In this document: positions 1 through 13,539 of the stretch, in pieces
How the letters are laid out: every line of letters starts with the position of its first letter
How positions within the stretch are numbered: position 1 is the first letter of the stretch
Assembly (NCBI GenBank): GCA_964016885.1
Contig: OZ024741.1
Coordinates: 374,294,001-374,358,000, forward strand
Source of the DNA: Eledone cirrhosa
Lineage: Eukaryota
Direction: 5' to 3'
Length of the DNA: 64,000 bases
Made by a program: the position numbers and the translations under genes
The notes under the pieces: model-generated
Seen by the model: the letters and a program-made list of their open reading frames with translations, nothing else
Databases searched by the model: none
What the model was told of the DNA's origin: nothing

Positions 1-159
1 TCGCACCCACCTAGGTTGAAGACGGCGACATAACTAGGCTCGTTTTGAATATACAAAAAGTTTCGGCCTACTAGATTAGTAGAATAAATAGCACACTTTC
101 AACATTACTTCAGCAAACATCGTATCTAAAATATTTCTAAATTAATATATATATAGAGA

Positions 160-270
160 TAAAATGAAAATTTATACGAGTTGCATGCCACTTTTCTTAA
201 CCTTAAAGATTCTAAGAATTTATCGGTGAATGTTAAGTGACATATGCAACTTGTATAAATTTTCATTTTA
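160..270. repeat. Short imperfect inverted repeat (MITE-like hairpin) in Rab8 intron 1
   Basis: taaaatgaaaatttatacgagttgcat (160-186) is matched in reverse complement by atgcaacttgtataaattttcatttta (244-270). Confidence 0.7.
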
Positions 271-1392
271 CCCAACATACGTAGTCGTTCGACCAGCTAG
301 AAATGTCAATCAAATCTTCCTCAAATCACGTTCAGCCTTCACGAATAAAAAAAAATATATTGAATAGCGTAATTCTAAATACATAATGCATGAGGAAAAA
401 ACAAAAGACGTGACGATCATGGCTGGAACGCCTTTGATCATAGTTCTGCTCAGCTATGGTTGATCCAGAGCCTAGCAATCATTTGATTTTATATTAAAAT
501 CTCAAACGTAAAATTTGGGAACATAAACACACACGTGTGAATGTATATATGTATGTCACAAATAATTACAAAAAAAAAAAAAAGTTTCCAACAGGCACTT
601 GTTCGGTAGTTTAAAATTACACGATGAATTAATAAGAATGCTATAATATACTGTCTAATATTAAGCTCGGAGATAAAATGATATCCGGGTATTTATAAAT
701 CTACCGACAATACGATAACAGTAACCATACTCATAATTCATAACGTTTTTTTGTTTTGTTTTTTTTTCTTTAATATACCATAAACAGAATAGGATAAATA
801 AAGTCAGAATAGACGAGACAAAAACCAACAGTTCACCAATTTTACCAGATCTAGATCCACCGCTATACACCTTCATAGACAAGTACCTTTTCTTAAAAAA
901 AAAAATTTAAGCCATCCTTTTATCGTTATTTAAACCCCAAAACATATATAAGAAATTATGCGTAGTAACTTATCTCGTAAGTAGGAAGAACTAGAAAATA
1001 AACACGCAATAAGGAAAACATAATTGATCAGAGATAATTTCTTAAATAGAAATCTGTGAAATGGGGGAGGATAACATCTCAAGTCATAAATTCACTTCCG
1101 ACACTTTACTAACAAAATCGGAAATTGACTCAATAACTGACATTCCTTCTGTCTTTTCCTCTCCTTATTATGTTTCTACTTTAGAAATACTCAAATAAAT
1201 AATGACAACGTTTACAAATAAATTTATTGTGATTAAATTAAAATTGTGTCAGTGTACATCTATATTATAAATATAAATTAAATAGTCGGCGAAAACAGAA
1301 CCTCGCTAAATAAACTCTTCTGACGGCTGGATGATATATTTTTAAGAAAACGGTAGGGAGGTAAAAGAATACATAGATGATTGTGTACTTAC

Positions 1393-1516
1393 CTATAGTT
1401 GAAATAAACGTAGTATTAAAGGCGTCTTCAGAGAATCGAAACAATACACATGTTTTACCTACTCCTGAATCTCCTATAAGTAGCAGCTTGAATAAGTAAT
1501 CGTAAGCCTTCGTCAT
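1393..1516 (-). CDS. RAB8: Ras-related protein Rab-8, coding exon 1 (rest of gene lies beyond the left edge)
   Basis: [41 protein letters not shown](G) has the P-loop GDSGVGKT and the Rab8-type N-terminus. The 124-nt exon ends at a canonical donor G|GTAAGT (1392-1387), phase 1, as in vertebrate RAB8A. Confidence 0.95.
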
Positions 1517-1574
1517 CTTGCCAATGCTTCAATGGCTGCGTCTGCTCAGGAAACACCCTAATTTACATAATAGC

Positions 1575-1600
1575 TGACGTTCAATTTACGTCACTTCCGC
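1575..1600 (-). promoter_or_regulatory. Rab8 proximal promoter: overlapping ETS and CRE/ATF motif plus a second CRE half-site
   Basis: Minus strand GCGGAAGTGACGTA at 1600-1587 and TGACGT at 1575-1580, 60-85 nt upstream of the ATG. Confidence 0.6.
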
Positions 1601-2449
1601 TCTGCTCTGATGCTCACTTTCGTAGCTAATTGTTAATTGCTATAATAAAAAAATTGAGCTCAGTTACTTTGTAAAATATGATCAGCTTAGTCATGTTCCG
1701 TAATGTGAGTTCGGACGTTTAATGGAAGGGCGCCCCGTTTTATTAATTTTTTGCCGACATTGAATATCACTAGTTCCCTCGCACTTTTCTTTATTAATAA
1801 TAGAACAAATTTGAGAACAACTTCATGATGCTTGAAGAATGTTAGTTTGAGGCCAATAGCAGGGTTCTTTGATTTAAAATGGGGTGGGTGATTAGGAAAC
1901 CTAGGAAGAGTAAATCGTCAGTTGAGGGGAGATAAATACAAAGATTGAATTTCATGAATTTTTTGGTTGTTGTTTTTTTACTTTGTTTAGCAAGTTTCTT
2001 TATGTGGAATCGTGTTGTTATACTTTGAAAGAGTCATGCTGACAATACAAAGAGTGTGCATTTGGCTGAGTTTCACTTCGATTTTTATCAGTAATCAGGT
2101 AATTAATCCATCCATTAGTTGGTTAATCATTTACCTTTCATCATACAGATTCTGTGACCTAATCGATAACTTGTTTGCCCTGTGTTTCCTAGTTGTTTTG
2201 AATGGTTGGTCTATCCTAAGAACTTACATGCCAAACTTGTTTGTTACTATCCTAGTAGCTGTCTATTGCAACTGACAGTAAACTGTGAGCATTCCTTGTG
2301 TGAGTGAGTCGAGGTATGGTGGTGATGCTGGAGAAGGATTTCTGTTACAACTGAAAGTAAACTGGGTGTATTTCTTGCCTGAATCTAAAGTAATGGCAAA
2401 GGTGTTCAATCCCCCGCAGGTCTATCCAACTCAATCCCCCCCCCCCCCA

Positions 2450-2768
2450 CGATCGCGAATACAAGCGGCCGAAATGGGATTCCTTCGAAGAGTCTTTGGA
2501 GTAACGTTACTCAATAAAGTGCGTAGCTCGGGGATCAAAGAGTCACTCCAGGTAGAGCCGCTACTTCTCCGAATTGAGAGATCACAGCTCCGATATTATG
2601 GGCACGTGGTTAGAATTCTCAGGAGACTCGCTGGATAGATTTTAGAAGTAAAAACCTACCAGTAGGAGGCTCAGGGATAGACTCTGAGCTTGGTTGATCA
2701 CGCTTGGGGAGCCAGCCGGATCAGTTGGAGACGGTTGCTTCTGACAGGACCCGCGAAGAAGAAGAAGG
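2450..2768 (+). mobile_element. RTE-clade LINE 3' fragment
   Basis: RSRIQAAEMGFLRRVFGVTLLNKVRS...VEPLLLRIERSQLRYYGHVVR is a typical RTE ORF C-terminus, ending in a (GAA)n tail. Confidence 0.85.
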
Positions 2769-3603
2769 GTTGGCACTGCATTTCATTTTGATGTCGCTTT
2801 GGTAAAATTAGATAAGCCTAATGTGTACAACATAACTATATGACAATTGACTTAAGAACGACTGCGTCTCCAGAAGCTAGTTCGCGACAATGTATCGTGC
2901 TATCTGTTCGGTGAAGACCGTTTCGCATATCCCTTTCGGCCGGCTAGCATCTCTTCTGTATTGCATAGGCTCTGAAATCTTTGCTTTGGAGGTTGGAGAC
3001 GTTAAGGGGTTCCTCTTTCAAACTGGGACACAACGTAATCATCATGGTACAGGACACATTGAAATCGAGGATGTCGTCATCCTTTTGAAGGAATACTAGG
3101 ATGTTCCAGGAGAATGTATTAACAGTGACAAATCCTATTGATACGTGGATGATACTTCTGTCAATTTAAAAAAATTATAATTGTTATAACAATGTTACCT
3201 TCATTTGTTTCAACATATCATTGCCAGAGCAATATTATTGATATCGTTCACTTGGGAAACTGAAAAGAAAATATTTTATTCGAAGATCACTGTTCTTTTC
3301 CTAATGTATTAATTTCTATTAAGGTTTAAGAAATAGGGAAAGGGGAAATAAACAATTCGGCTGCTATTTCTACTATATTTGATGACACCTAGTTCATGAC
3401 AGGACCCACTGGAAGGTGTGTTTGAGGAAGCTACCCCAACGGCCCTCCCTGGAATAAGTGGGCGAAGAAGTAAAACACTGTAACGACTCATCCTGCTTCT
3501 AGTGTTCGACAAAATTTCGCCTGTCGCTATGTTTCCTGTTTTCGCGCCCTTTGGGGAATCTTCTTATTATTATTATTCCTCGCTGACAGTGGTGTTGCTA
3601 CCT

Positions 3604-4107
3604 TCATGATTCTATCGGCCGAATCCGCCAACTCTCGATTGGGGTGGATGCTTTACTAGCCGCCAAAATGCTGCCAGAGGCTGGCGGTAACCTTTGTAGA
3701 AACAGTTGTTTCAGAATGGCCGGCCTCATGGTATTTTCCCCCAACAGTTGCTTTAATCGTCTTAAGAATTGTGGCGCCTTCTTGTCGCCTAACTCCTCTA
3801 AGTAAAGCAGCTGATTAATTCGTTGCTGTTGAGAGATGGATGTCCGCTTTATGAGTTCGGACCTCAATGTCGCATATGAAAATGTGTCTGGCGGTGCTGC
3901 CAGAAAATCCCGGATCTCCTACAGACTCTCAAGAGAAAACCCCCCAACCACATGGGAATTTTTTGTCCTGTTTGATGAAACGTGGTGTGTATGAAATTGA
4001 GCCTCGACGTATCTTAACCAAATGGTTTGATCATGAGGCCAAAATGTCGAGGACCGCAAGAATATTGCTGCTTGTGACGACGATGATGCTGATGATAGTT
4101 CCATCAC
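3604..4107 (-). mobile_element. Decayed Ty3/gypsy LTR retrotransposon gag remnant
   Basis: Frameshifted pieces TFWPHDQTIWLRYVEAQF and ELIKRTSISQQQRINQLLYLEELGDKKAPQFLRRLKQLLG...LKQLFLQRLP match the invertebrate gypsy gag pattern. Confidence 0.8.
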
Positions 4108-4429
4108 TCAGAGGACTGAGTGATGTTAGGACTACATGACAGCCTATTTATAATGACCGCTAGGTATTTTAATGATAAAAGATGGCTCCAGAATATGTTC
4201 CACTTCCTACAACTGGTGCCATAAATCCTATCATCAAGGAAATTTATCTATTGTCTTCCCTACGTGGTCGCAGGTTACTCCTTTGGTAGCCGTGGGAAAA
4301 CATTTCTTTCGCTACAAACCAACACACTGTTATATACTTTCTAATAAATAATTATTTGTCACTTGCATAAATCTGCTATTCTAGTATTAACGTATTCCGA
4401 TTTATCTGCTTTGTGTTGTTTTGAATTAG

Positions 4430-4728
4430 GGTAAAAGGGTAAGATCTACTTCGGTCACGAATGACCATTGGGAGTCACAAGTGTGGGCAAGATTGTCTGG
4501 AAGACCAGTAGTCGTCCATGCATACCAATTTCCCCTCTTCACGCCACGGATGTTGTCCAAGGGAAAGGTACCAGTGAAGTCGCAACTCATTTCTACAGCT
4601 GAGTGAACTGGAGCAAAGTGAAATAAAGTATCTTCTTCAAGGACACAACGCATCGCTCGGTCCAGGAATCGAACGCACAACCTCACGATTGCAAGCCCAA
4701 CGTTTTAACCACCTAACCACGCGCCTTC
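4430..4728 (-). mobile_element. tRNA-derived SINE (cephalopod OR/OK-type)
   Basis: Minus-strand head with A box (TGGTTAGGTGG) and B box (GTTCGATTCC), followed by a GCTCCAGTTCACTCAGCTGTAGAAATGAG body. Related copies near 14850-15000, 55490-55610, 56410-56680, 57900-58220 and 60830-61070. Confidence 0.8.
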
Positions 4729-5354
4729 ACTGTTTTTAAATTATCATTAAATAAATTTAAAAATGTTTAATATTGAAATCATGAACACACATTTCTGTCA
4801 TCCTTTCGTGTTCATTTTAATTTTCCTAAAACTTGTTTCTTAATAATTACATTTTCTTGGGAAACGCTCTCAGCCTTATTTTTGACAAGGTGAATACCTT
4901 TACTTCAAATGCAACCCTAGAAAAATGTGTCCAAGTTATTTGGAGCTACAAATATTTGGATCTATGTAAATATTTAAGCTATAATGTTATATATATTTAA
5001 AACTCATTTCCGCCGGAGGTCGAGAATTCTCACAAATTGACTGCATTTTGTCTAATCCACTATTTCTGAATAATTCAGTCCTATTTATAAGTTGTTTTAT
5101 GGCGATGTTTAGACTAGAATCCGATATGGCCGACAAAATGTAAAATAAAACTGAATGAACAGAAAATATTATGGAAGTGGATGAAACTAAAAGGAAATGT
5201 AACTGAAAGTATTCGATTTATCGCCAAATTACGAATGATTTATTCGTGAAACACTTTTTGTAAATCGTACCGTAAATAAGTTTAAAGGGAAGAAAAAAAT
5301 AATTGATGAAAATATAAAATGGTTGAAGGAAATTAAACGGTGTAAATTGTATGA

Positions 5355-5515
5355 AGGCAGCAAATTGGCAAAGTCGTTAGAACGTCGGATAGAGTGCTTT
5401 GTGGTATTCATTTCGTCTCACTGTTCTCTGAATTCAAATCTCGCCGAGATCAACTTTGCCTTTCATCCATTCGAGGTCGATAAAAAAAGTACTAGTCAAG
5501 TACTGGGATCGATTC
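5355..5515 (+). mobile_element. tRNA-derived SINE with Nin/Deu-type core
   Basis: B box-like TTCAAATC followed by GCCTTTCATCCATTCGAGGTCGATAAAA..GTACTAG, a core repeated many times in the window. Confidence 0.75.
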
Positions 5516-5860
5516 TTCCTCTGTTTTGTTTCTCAATTCCATTCTCTCGCTCTATTTGTCTCAGGAATTACGGAAAAATGCAAATTGTATGAATGGAAAA
5601 TACCATATATACAAAATAATTACGATGAAATCTATTTCTCTGTAAAAATTCGTGCATATACGAATTATTCTTTGACTTGTTTCAGTCATTAGACTGCGGT
5701 CATGTTGTGACACCGTCTTGATTTTAGTCGATCATGTCAACCCTAGTACTTATTTTATCGATGTCTTTTATTTTTTTTGTCGAGTCGTTAATTTACGGGG
5801 AGAAAACACAGACACAAATGTAAACTCAGGCGCACACACAGACACACACACACACATATC

Positions 5861-6535
5861 GAAACATTCTCTTCTTTGAGATTATCTAGGAGTTTTATAA
5901 TTATAAAGGTGGGTCTGTACACACTTTCCGTAGACTGTGTTCTTCACTCTAGTGGTTCTCTACCCCTCGTAATTGAAAACACCCCTTTTTTTGTTTTCAT
6001 CTCTATATACTGTATTATGAAGAGCCCGGCACTTATTACTTGAGCTCATTAAATGTCAGGGGATTAACACGAGTCTTTATCTCCGTTTTTCATTTGATAT
6101 ATTGGCTCCTAATTTCTTTGTTAGTTGAGCTTTTTTAAGTTGAATGGTTGCCATTTCTAGCGGGTTTTTGTTTTTATCTAATCAAGCTACCACGTACTGT
6201 CTGGTGCGCATGTTTTTCTTTCTCTCCCTATGTGCGTTATTTTAGTCGTCTAAAGTCTCTTTAGAAGTGTTGACCGTACCGTCTTTACCTCTACTGACGA
6301 GACCTGAGAAGTTATGGCAACAGCACTGTTTATGGAGAAACATTCTCTTCTTTGAGATTGTCTAGGTGTTTTATAGTTATAAAGGTGGGTCTGTATATTT
6401 TGATTTACCTTTTTAATTATTATATATTTTCCACTCTTTTCGTAGACTTTATGTTCTTCACTCTAGTGGTTCTCTACCCCTCGAAATTGAAAACATACCC
6501 CTTTGTGTTTTCTTCTCTATATATTGTATTATATA
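5861..6535 (+). mobile_element. Penelope-like end fragment with direct repeat (pseudo-LTR-like) and degenerate hammerhead
   Basis: gaaacattctcttctttgagatt...ctctatata occurs at 5861-6015 and again at 6337-6530. Just before the second copy is CTGACGA-GACC...GG-CAACAGCACTGTT (6294-6330), with the GAAA box damaged. Confidence 0.5.
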
Positions 6536-6538
6536 TAC

Positions 6539-7331
6539 ACTAGCTGAGGTACCCGGTAATACCCAGGAGCGGGGGGTATTTCCAGTTCCCATTAAAATGC
6601 CCAATGCCTCTCAGACCAAAAATGAAATCGAAGTATAGGACAGATAATCAAAAGCGAAGACAAATTCATTTACGAAACAATAATACAAACAAATATTGTT
6701 GATTGCATTGGTCAGGTGAAAAAATGTTTGTCAGAGAAGTTGAGTGTTGCTATAAGGAAAAAATAGAACCCCCATTGGGGGGTTTCATTGCTGAAATTTT
6801 GTGAATAGGCATCATATCTTGTCATTTACCTATGGTTTAAATTTCATATAAATCGAAGGGTTTTGTGTCCCTGGGGAACCCTTTGATTAAAATGAAATAT
6901 ACTTATTCAAGTACCCTGGGCAATGTAGATTCAGAATATATATGGTTATGGGGATCTATCTCCAAAACCATAGGAGGAGTTCATGAAATTTTGTTCCATT
7001 TATTGGCCAACATTTTCACTATAAGAGGTTTAACCCCCATTAGGGTGTCTTAATATTATTGAAATTTGCTGACATTTTGTGAATAGGCATCATATATTGT
7101 CATTTATCTATGGTTTAAATTTCATATAAATCGAATTTGAAAAAATTAAGCGGGGGTTCTCAGCGAGAGTTTGAACCCCCGGGGAACCCTTTGATTAAAA
7201 TGAAATATACGTAAGAAATCAAATGGGCATGAGCCCCCACACACGTATCAAGTTTCATCTAGATCGGTTTGGTAGTTTTTGAGTTTTAGGTTCACAAACA
7301 AACAGATAGAAATTGCCATTTATGTATATAG
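6539..7331 (+). mobile_element. Non-autonomous Helentron/DINE-1-like (HINE) element
   Basis: Starts ACTAGCTGAGGTACCCGG, has internal tandem subrepeats (about 6790-6910 and 7060-7210), and ends acaaacaaacaga...tatatag. Confidence 0.6.
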
Positions 7332-7537
7332 TATATATATATATATATATATATATCCAAATTGAAGGATGAGTATTTTCAATTTTATTTTATTCTGAGT
7401 TATGGCTCTATTGATTTTTCCCTGGACTCTACGTCCTGATTCTTTTTGAATTGAGTTTGAATTATTTTCCCACATCTTACGTTAACTATTTTTCCATTTT
7501 GACGTTATAGTCACTTATATATATATATATATATATA

Positions 7538-7930
7538 TCATCATCATTATCATTATCACCTTTTAACGTCCGTTTTTCCAAGCTAACATAGGTTAGACGA
7601 GTTGAGAGACAAGTCAGATCAGTGGATCAGGTCTTGCTCATACAAAAGTGTTTCTGGCTTTGTTTCTACAGCTGGATGCCTTTCCTAACGCCAACCACAT
7701 TTACAGCGTGGACTGGCCGCTTTTTGTCGTGTCGCCAACACGACCAACTGACAGGTTGGACTGGGTGTATATATATATAACACGACAGTCTTCCGTAGTT
7801 TCCGTCTATCATATTCCATTGAAGGCATTGGTCAAATCGAGATTAATGTAGAAAATACTTGACCTGGGTAGCGCGCAGCGGGATTGAACGCAGAACCACG
7901 TTAATGCGAAGCGAATTCCTCAACTAAACA
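7538..7930 (-). mobile_element. SINE with RTE-derived 3' tail and (GAT)n end
   Basis: catcatcat..ttaacgtccgtttttcca..ttctacagctggatgcctttcctaacgccaacc, with a tRNA-like head near 7860-7930. Confidence 0.7.
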
Positions 7931-8965
7931 GTATATTAAAAATATAAGACTGAGAAGGAAGATCCCTATTTTATGGTTTTAGACCAAATTGAACTGTTTG
8001 ATCAGAAAATTTCAACTATTGCTAACCATATGTTAAATTGTATAGTCAACCATTGGTTTCATGATACTTCACTCAGAACCTTGTAATTTGCTAGTGACAA
8101 GCAGGGCCAGACTGTGACCTGACGAGCCCCTAAGCTAGATGAAATTTGAGGCTCTTCTCTGAATAAAAATTTAAAATAATTATACATGATTATTATTTAT
8201 CAATGATTACAAAATTAAATTAAATATATATCTGTTAGACACGCAGTGACTAACAACAGAATGTTTTAAGTCTGCATGTCTTCTGACATATATGCGTAGC
8301 TTGTGAATAAAATTTTCACGGGGTTTCACTGGCCGTGGTGATCACCGCCAAACATCTTTTGTAATGTATCGTCTTATTGGCTAATCAACCAATGAGAGTA
8401 ATTGTTGCTCAAAGGCATCCGCCATTTTGTTTGCACGTTTATTTATCGTTTCGCTTTCGAATCTTCCTCCTGTATTTCGTCGTTTTATCATCAAAATATT
8501 TTTCTCGTTTTCGTAAGTTATATTGTTAATTTATATATGATTTTTTAAATTTATATTAACTATTTTTTTTTCAGTTCGTTATAACATGCTTATAATATTG
8601 GTTGTATCATATTTACTTGTATATTTGTCCATATTATTGTTCGTTTTATGTTAGATTATTTTATTATTATTATGTTAGATTATTTTTTTATTATTATGTT
8701 AGACTATTTGTATGTAATATTTAATTTTTATTAATTCAACTATAACAATTATTATGTAAAATATATTTATTTAATATTGATTGTTTTTTTGTAGTTGTTT
8801 ATATTAAAAGTCTGAAAATATTTTTATACATCTTACAATAATGTTTATAAGATCATTTATAAAATAACAATTATATAATCTAATTACATTACAACGATAA
8901 TTTATTATTAATATATATCATGTTTAACTAGAGTTATTACAAGCGTTGCCTTAAAAAAATATTTA

Positions 8966-9206
8966 ACTAGACCTGAAAATGCGCAAGCTCAAAAGGCCAC
9001 AGAATGTTATAATAAACCTTCAAAGGTGTGGGACTAGAGTTGTTGCTCAAAAATATTATGAGTCTCTTTTTTATAAAAGGATGCCACAGAGTGTACGATA
9101 GATAATGATTACAATATTTTTGAGCAACAACTCTAGTCCTACACTTTTGAAGGTTTATTATAATATTATGTGGCTCTTTTGAGCTTGTGCATTTTTCAGG
9201 TCTAGT
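8966..9206. mobile_element. MITE-like fold-back with ~90-bp imperfect inverted arms
   Basis: actagacctgaaaatgcgcaagctcaaaa...gttgttgctcaaaaatatt versus aatatttttgagcaacaac...ttttgagcttgtgcatttttcaggtctagt. Confidence 0.75.
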
Positions 9207-9469
9207 AGTTTATTGGTATGTAACTTTACGTTACAATTGGTTCACCAGTTTGAACACTCGATGCATGAGTGAGTTTGGTTTCCTATGTGGTATTGCATGT
9301 TTGGTGTTACACTTTGGTCGGTATCCTGATGAGAGCTATCGATTCCAAAGTCGCGTACGATCGATACCGATGGTACCTTGAGCTGATAAATCGCGAAACG
9401 CACGTCACACGTGAATAAACATAATGATGATATTTTGACACCACGTCCCTACTCATCATCATTATTATT

Positions 9470-9685
9470 GTGGATTGGCAGTATCGGTTGAGGGTCGGAC
9501 GCCATGCTTTGTAGCATAGAGTTACGCCCATTTACGGTCTGAGTTCAAATCCCGCCGAGGTTAACTTTGTCTTTTATCCTTACGGGATCAATAAAATAAA
9601 GTACCAGTCAAACACTAGAGTCGATTTAATCGACTTTCCCTTCCCCCAAAATTGCTGACCTTGTGCCTATGTAAGAAACCATTAA
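9470..9685 (+). mobile_element. Nin/Deu-core SINE
   Basis: gagttcaaatcccgccgaggttaactttg..catcct..ataaaataaagtaccagt, close to the copy at 12340-12526. Confidence 0.75.
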
Positions 9686-10499
9686 TATTATTATATAATT
9701 GTTGATGATTTAGTGTTAAAGAATAAAAACTTATGATAAAATAGAAATATAATTATAGCTTATTTAGCTTATAGGTAAGACCAGCACTGAGTAGATGATT
9801 CGGGGGTGGATAAGATGGTGGGATTAATGTTTTCCAATCATTTATGGATATTTTATTTGCAGTAGATCACGTCTAAATCAAAATAAACTGTCTGAATGAG
9901 CCCCTTACAGAGCTTCCGTTACAGTTTTGAGATTGAGTGGAGCGTGTTGCAAGCTACTTTCCTTTGGCGCATTCATAGGCTATTCGTGCGTGATTTGGCT
10001 AAGTTAGGCCAATCGTGAGTCGCGCACGGATATATATTTTCAACTTCCGCCTAAACTCTACTTTCGATACTTTCGATAAACTCTATCTCTTGTTGCTCGC
10101 TACTTTCGATAAACTCTATTTCTTGTTGCTTCAACTGTGGAAAGGTAAACGACCATTTTTCTTTTGCTCCGCAACCACTAGCCAATATGTAACGACAACA
10201 ACATAACTGCGGCCTAGCCAACACCTCAGCGAGTTGACCGTACCTTCTAAACTCTTAATTTGTTTATTCATTTGTTTTGGCATGCCAGCTCAACCTTTGT
10301 AATTGGTTTATAAATAAGGTATGTAAAAACATTGTAAAGTCTCGTGATTCTATTACCACAGCCATGCCCTTAAATGTGATATGGAAACATTCTTTCCAGA
10401 GTTATTATCACAGCAGCAACAGAACCTGAGAGTTACAGCCGATCCTCAATTCAACTTACATTTATTGATATAACAAACCATACATTTCCTGTTACAACA

Positions 10500-11743
10500 A
10501 GCCTCGCCTGACTGCGCTGGAGCGTTTGCTCTTTCGCTTTTTGTGGAAGGGACGCGCTCCGATGGTCAGGCGGTCCATCTGTTGTCAACACCCGCTACGC
10601 GGAGGGCTGGGCATGTCGTGGCTGATGATGCGCAGGCACGCGCTCAGGCTACGACATCTCCACCTCTTCCTCGACGGTGATCAGGTGTGGTCGCCGTTTG
10701 CTAGACACGTATTTCCCCAGCTCGTTTCCTTGACGGAGCTGCAGTCCTGGGTCAAGCGAAGACCGAGAGGGAGCGCCTGGAGACTGGAATGTCTTCAGGT
10801 GCTCACAGCCCTCGACCAATCGGGCAATGTGATCGGTGGAAACTCCACCTCGGCGTTCTATAGAGGATTAGTGGAGGGGAAGAGCGACGACGTACTTGGG
10901 GAAACTCTAGGCGTCGACGAAAATCAACTAGCCAATCTCTTCGGAAGAACTTTCGGGCCAGGGCCTATGGACAACTTCCAGAAATCTCTGGCCTGGCAGT
11001 GCTACCGAGGAGCCTTGCCAGTTCGGGATAAACTCTACAGGCATGGAGGTGCCGTCAGCCGGGCATGTCCGAGATGCGCACAGGGCGACGAAATCGTCCT
11101 GCACGCACTCGTCCAGTGTCCGAAAATTGCTGACTTGTGGGTTTATGTCGAACACCTGCTGTCGCGTTTAGGACGGATCCGGCTATCATCTGAGTCCATC
11201 GTGAGGATTGCCCCGCCCTCCTCCTTTAGCCGGGAAGGGCAGGCAGTTTTTATCTGTCTGGTGGCCATGGCGAAAGAGATAGTATGGTGGACACGTTTGA
11301 AAGGGCTGAAGACGAGCACTTACCTCTTCGGTGATGCTCTGATTGACTTTTTCAAATTTCATTTGAAAAGGAAAATCAGAGTAGAGAGGGAAGTGCTCTC
11401 TTCCCAGCATTTTGTTGAAAGATGGGTGAGAGAAGCAAGAATGACCCGAGTGAATATCTGTAAATTAAAGGTGGAAAACTGGGAGAGGGCACTTGCCTTG
11501 GTGGTCAGGGTCATTGTGGCTTTTTACTGGGCTTTCTCCACAAATGTCCCTCCGAAGTCTCCCCCCTATTGGGGAATTTTTCATTGTTATTTTTTGTTAC
11601 ACCCTCTGTTTTTTTTTGTCTTTTTACACGCAGAAATGCCCATTTGTACCGTCCTGTATTGTCCTGCACTGTCCTTAATGTCTACTTTATGTAAACCCTT
11701 GTGGTTAATAAAGAAATCATTATTATTATTATTATTATTATTA
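10500..11743 (+). mobile_element. 5'-truncated L1/Tx1-clade LINE (ORF2 C-terminal part)
   Basis: Open frame with FRFLWKG...GGLGM, W.CYRGALPVRDKL and the zinc-binding CPRC...E...HALVQCP, then AATAAA (11707-11712) and a (TTA)n tail. CpG-rich, so probably young or unmethylated. Confidence 0.9.
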
Positions 11744-12009
11744 CATGGCATAATATTATTTAACAGCTAAACTGATGACTATTAAATGTCTGCTATACTG
11801 GTGACCTCAGTTGATACAAATACAAATGTAAACATCACTCTCAACAATATACACCTGCTAAAAGCTTATGTATATATACTGTACATGTGTATTATTATTA
11901 GCTCACATAAAAACATGATCAATCAGCGAAGTAAAAATCAAAACACAAGTATACTTTCTCCAGCGGCAACCTGATGCAGTCTGCGACTAACCCAGGCTCT
12001 GTTGCACTT

Positions 12010-12290
12010 CGGGCAAATATAGGTCGCTCTCCGACAGGTGTGCGGGCGACACTGTAGCAGTGGAGACTTCTGGTGTCCTTGGCCATACGACCACTTCCCT
12101 ACTCACCACCATCGGCACGGAGTTGGCTAACCGCAGGTGTGAACCTCGCAAGATGGAATTGTTTTTCCAACACGTCTCCCTCACAATCCCCCGGGGAAAC
12201 TACTTCTCTATTCTGTCCGCCTCGCGGCCTCAGCGGACAGGAAGTGGGCCCCCATTTGCTTATAATAGTGAGAGATTGAGAGAGAAAGAG
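12010..12290 (+). mobile_element. CRE-clade non-LTR 3' fragment (restriction-like endonuclease end)
   Basis: KYRSL...AVETSGVLG...IGTELA...EPRK...FQHVSLTIPRGN, homologous to 15350-15530 and 46762-47109. Confidence 0.7.
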
Positions 12291-12339
12291 AGACGGAGAC
12301 AGTGACAATGGGAATTTGATTCCATTATGTTCAGACCTA

Positions 12340-12526
12340 TGGATTGGCAGTATCGGTAGAGGGTCTGACGCCATGCTTTGCAGCAAAGAGTTACGGCCCT
12401 TTATGGTCTGAGTTCAAATCCCGCCGAGGTTAACTTTGCCTTTCATCCTTACGGGGTCGATAAAATAAAGTACCAGTAATGCACTGGAATAATTGCTGGC
12501 CTTGTGCCAAATGTAGAAACAATTAT
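12340..12526 (+). mobile_element. Nin/Deu-core SINE
   Basis: Head TGGCAGTATCGG, B box GTTCAAATCC, core GCCTTTCATCCTTACGGGGTCGATAAAATAAAGTACCAG. Confidence 0.8.
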
Positions 12527-13539
12527 GTTCAGACCTAATATATATGTATAAATTTATTTGATACTACCATTGTTTGTTCGTTCTGCCGAGTTTACACTCG
12601 CAAAGATTCAGCACGCCTTCTATCGTCCCGGTCGAGCATGACATTTCTCAGCCTGTCTTCCCACGCCTCTTCGTCCGACCGCCGGTTTCCAGAGACCTGC
12701 GGCGATGACAAGAAGAACTAGGGTCGCCCCTAGGAACATTGGATTTGATGTACTTTATATTTGTTTCGGTTGCTGAATACAATCAGGGGTCGATGCTTCT
12801 CCTGAAGGTCAATAGTTCTATTGTAACTCGAGCGGGAGCGCTTTTCCACTGTCAATTTGCATTGATCATCTGCAAAGCCGCATTGTTCTCAGAACCACTA
12901 CTACCAATATAGATTCAATACCAATAAATTATCTATACAAGATCAAAACAATATCAGAACAATATCGAAACCATAAGTATATTCAAATAAATTATGTTTA
13001 ACATTATTGGAAGGGCTTAATCCCGTTAGCGGCGGAAGGCTTGCCTTAACTAGAACAACAAATTTGCAAGATAGACCGTGTTCTGTTTCGAACAGTTTCA
13101 ACACTGTATTCATTCTGAAAGAACAATGAAGGATAAAACAAGATCTGGGAGTGACAGAAAGCTTTATGAAGGTTTGTTAAAAATACTATTTTCAGAACTG
13201 TTTCTATTAGAGTTATAGCCTAAATGTATGACATGTGATATGAACATAAATGACAATTATAGTATTTAGAGAAACACACGATTACGATTATTTATGCAGA
13301 CAAATTGGAACAACAGAGCACAATATCACTCCATTAACTGAAAGAGCAATCTAGTGCAAATACTCGAGAAGTTCAAAAGGCAGTTGACAAGGGGAAATTT
13401 GAAAAAATAACATTGACAAACAACAAAATCGTCTCCAATAATCATCTAGAGTTTTTTATGAGTCTTATAAACAATTTGCACCACCGTATGTTAGCGACAA
13501 CATTCTTGAAAGGTTCTCACATCTCTGAACATCAAAGTA

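Noticed and set aside
1265-1392. Continuation of the Rab8 ORF past ISTIG
   Set aside because: Read-through into intron 1 beyond the canonical donor.
4660-4728. tRNA-like A/B boxes here and at other SINE heads
   Set aside because: No complete cloverleaf, and they continue into SINE bodies, so they are not tRNA genes.
8118-8153. CTGACGA...GAAA hammerhead-like spacing
   Set aside because: No convincing stem II, I or III. It lies in a cagggcc-type MITE end.
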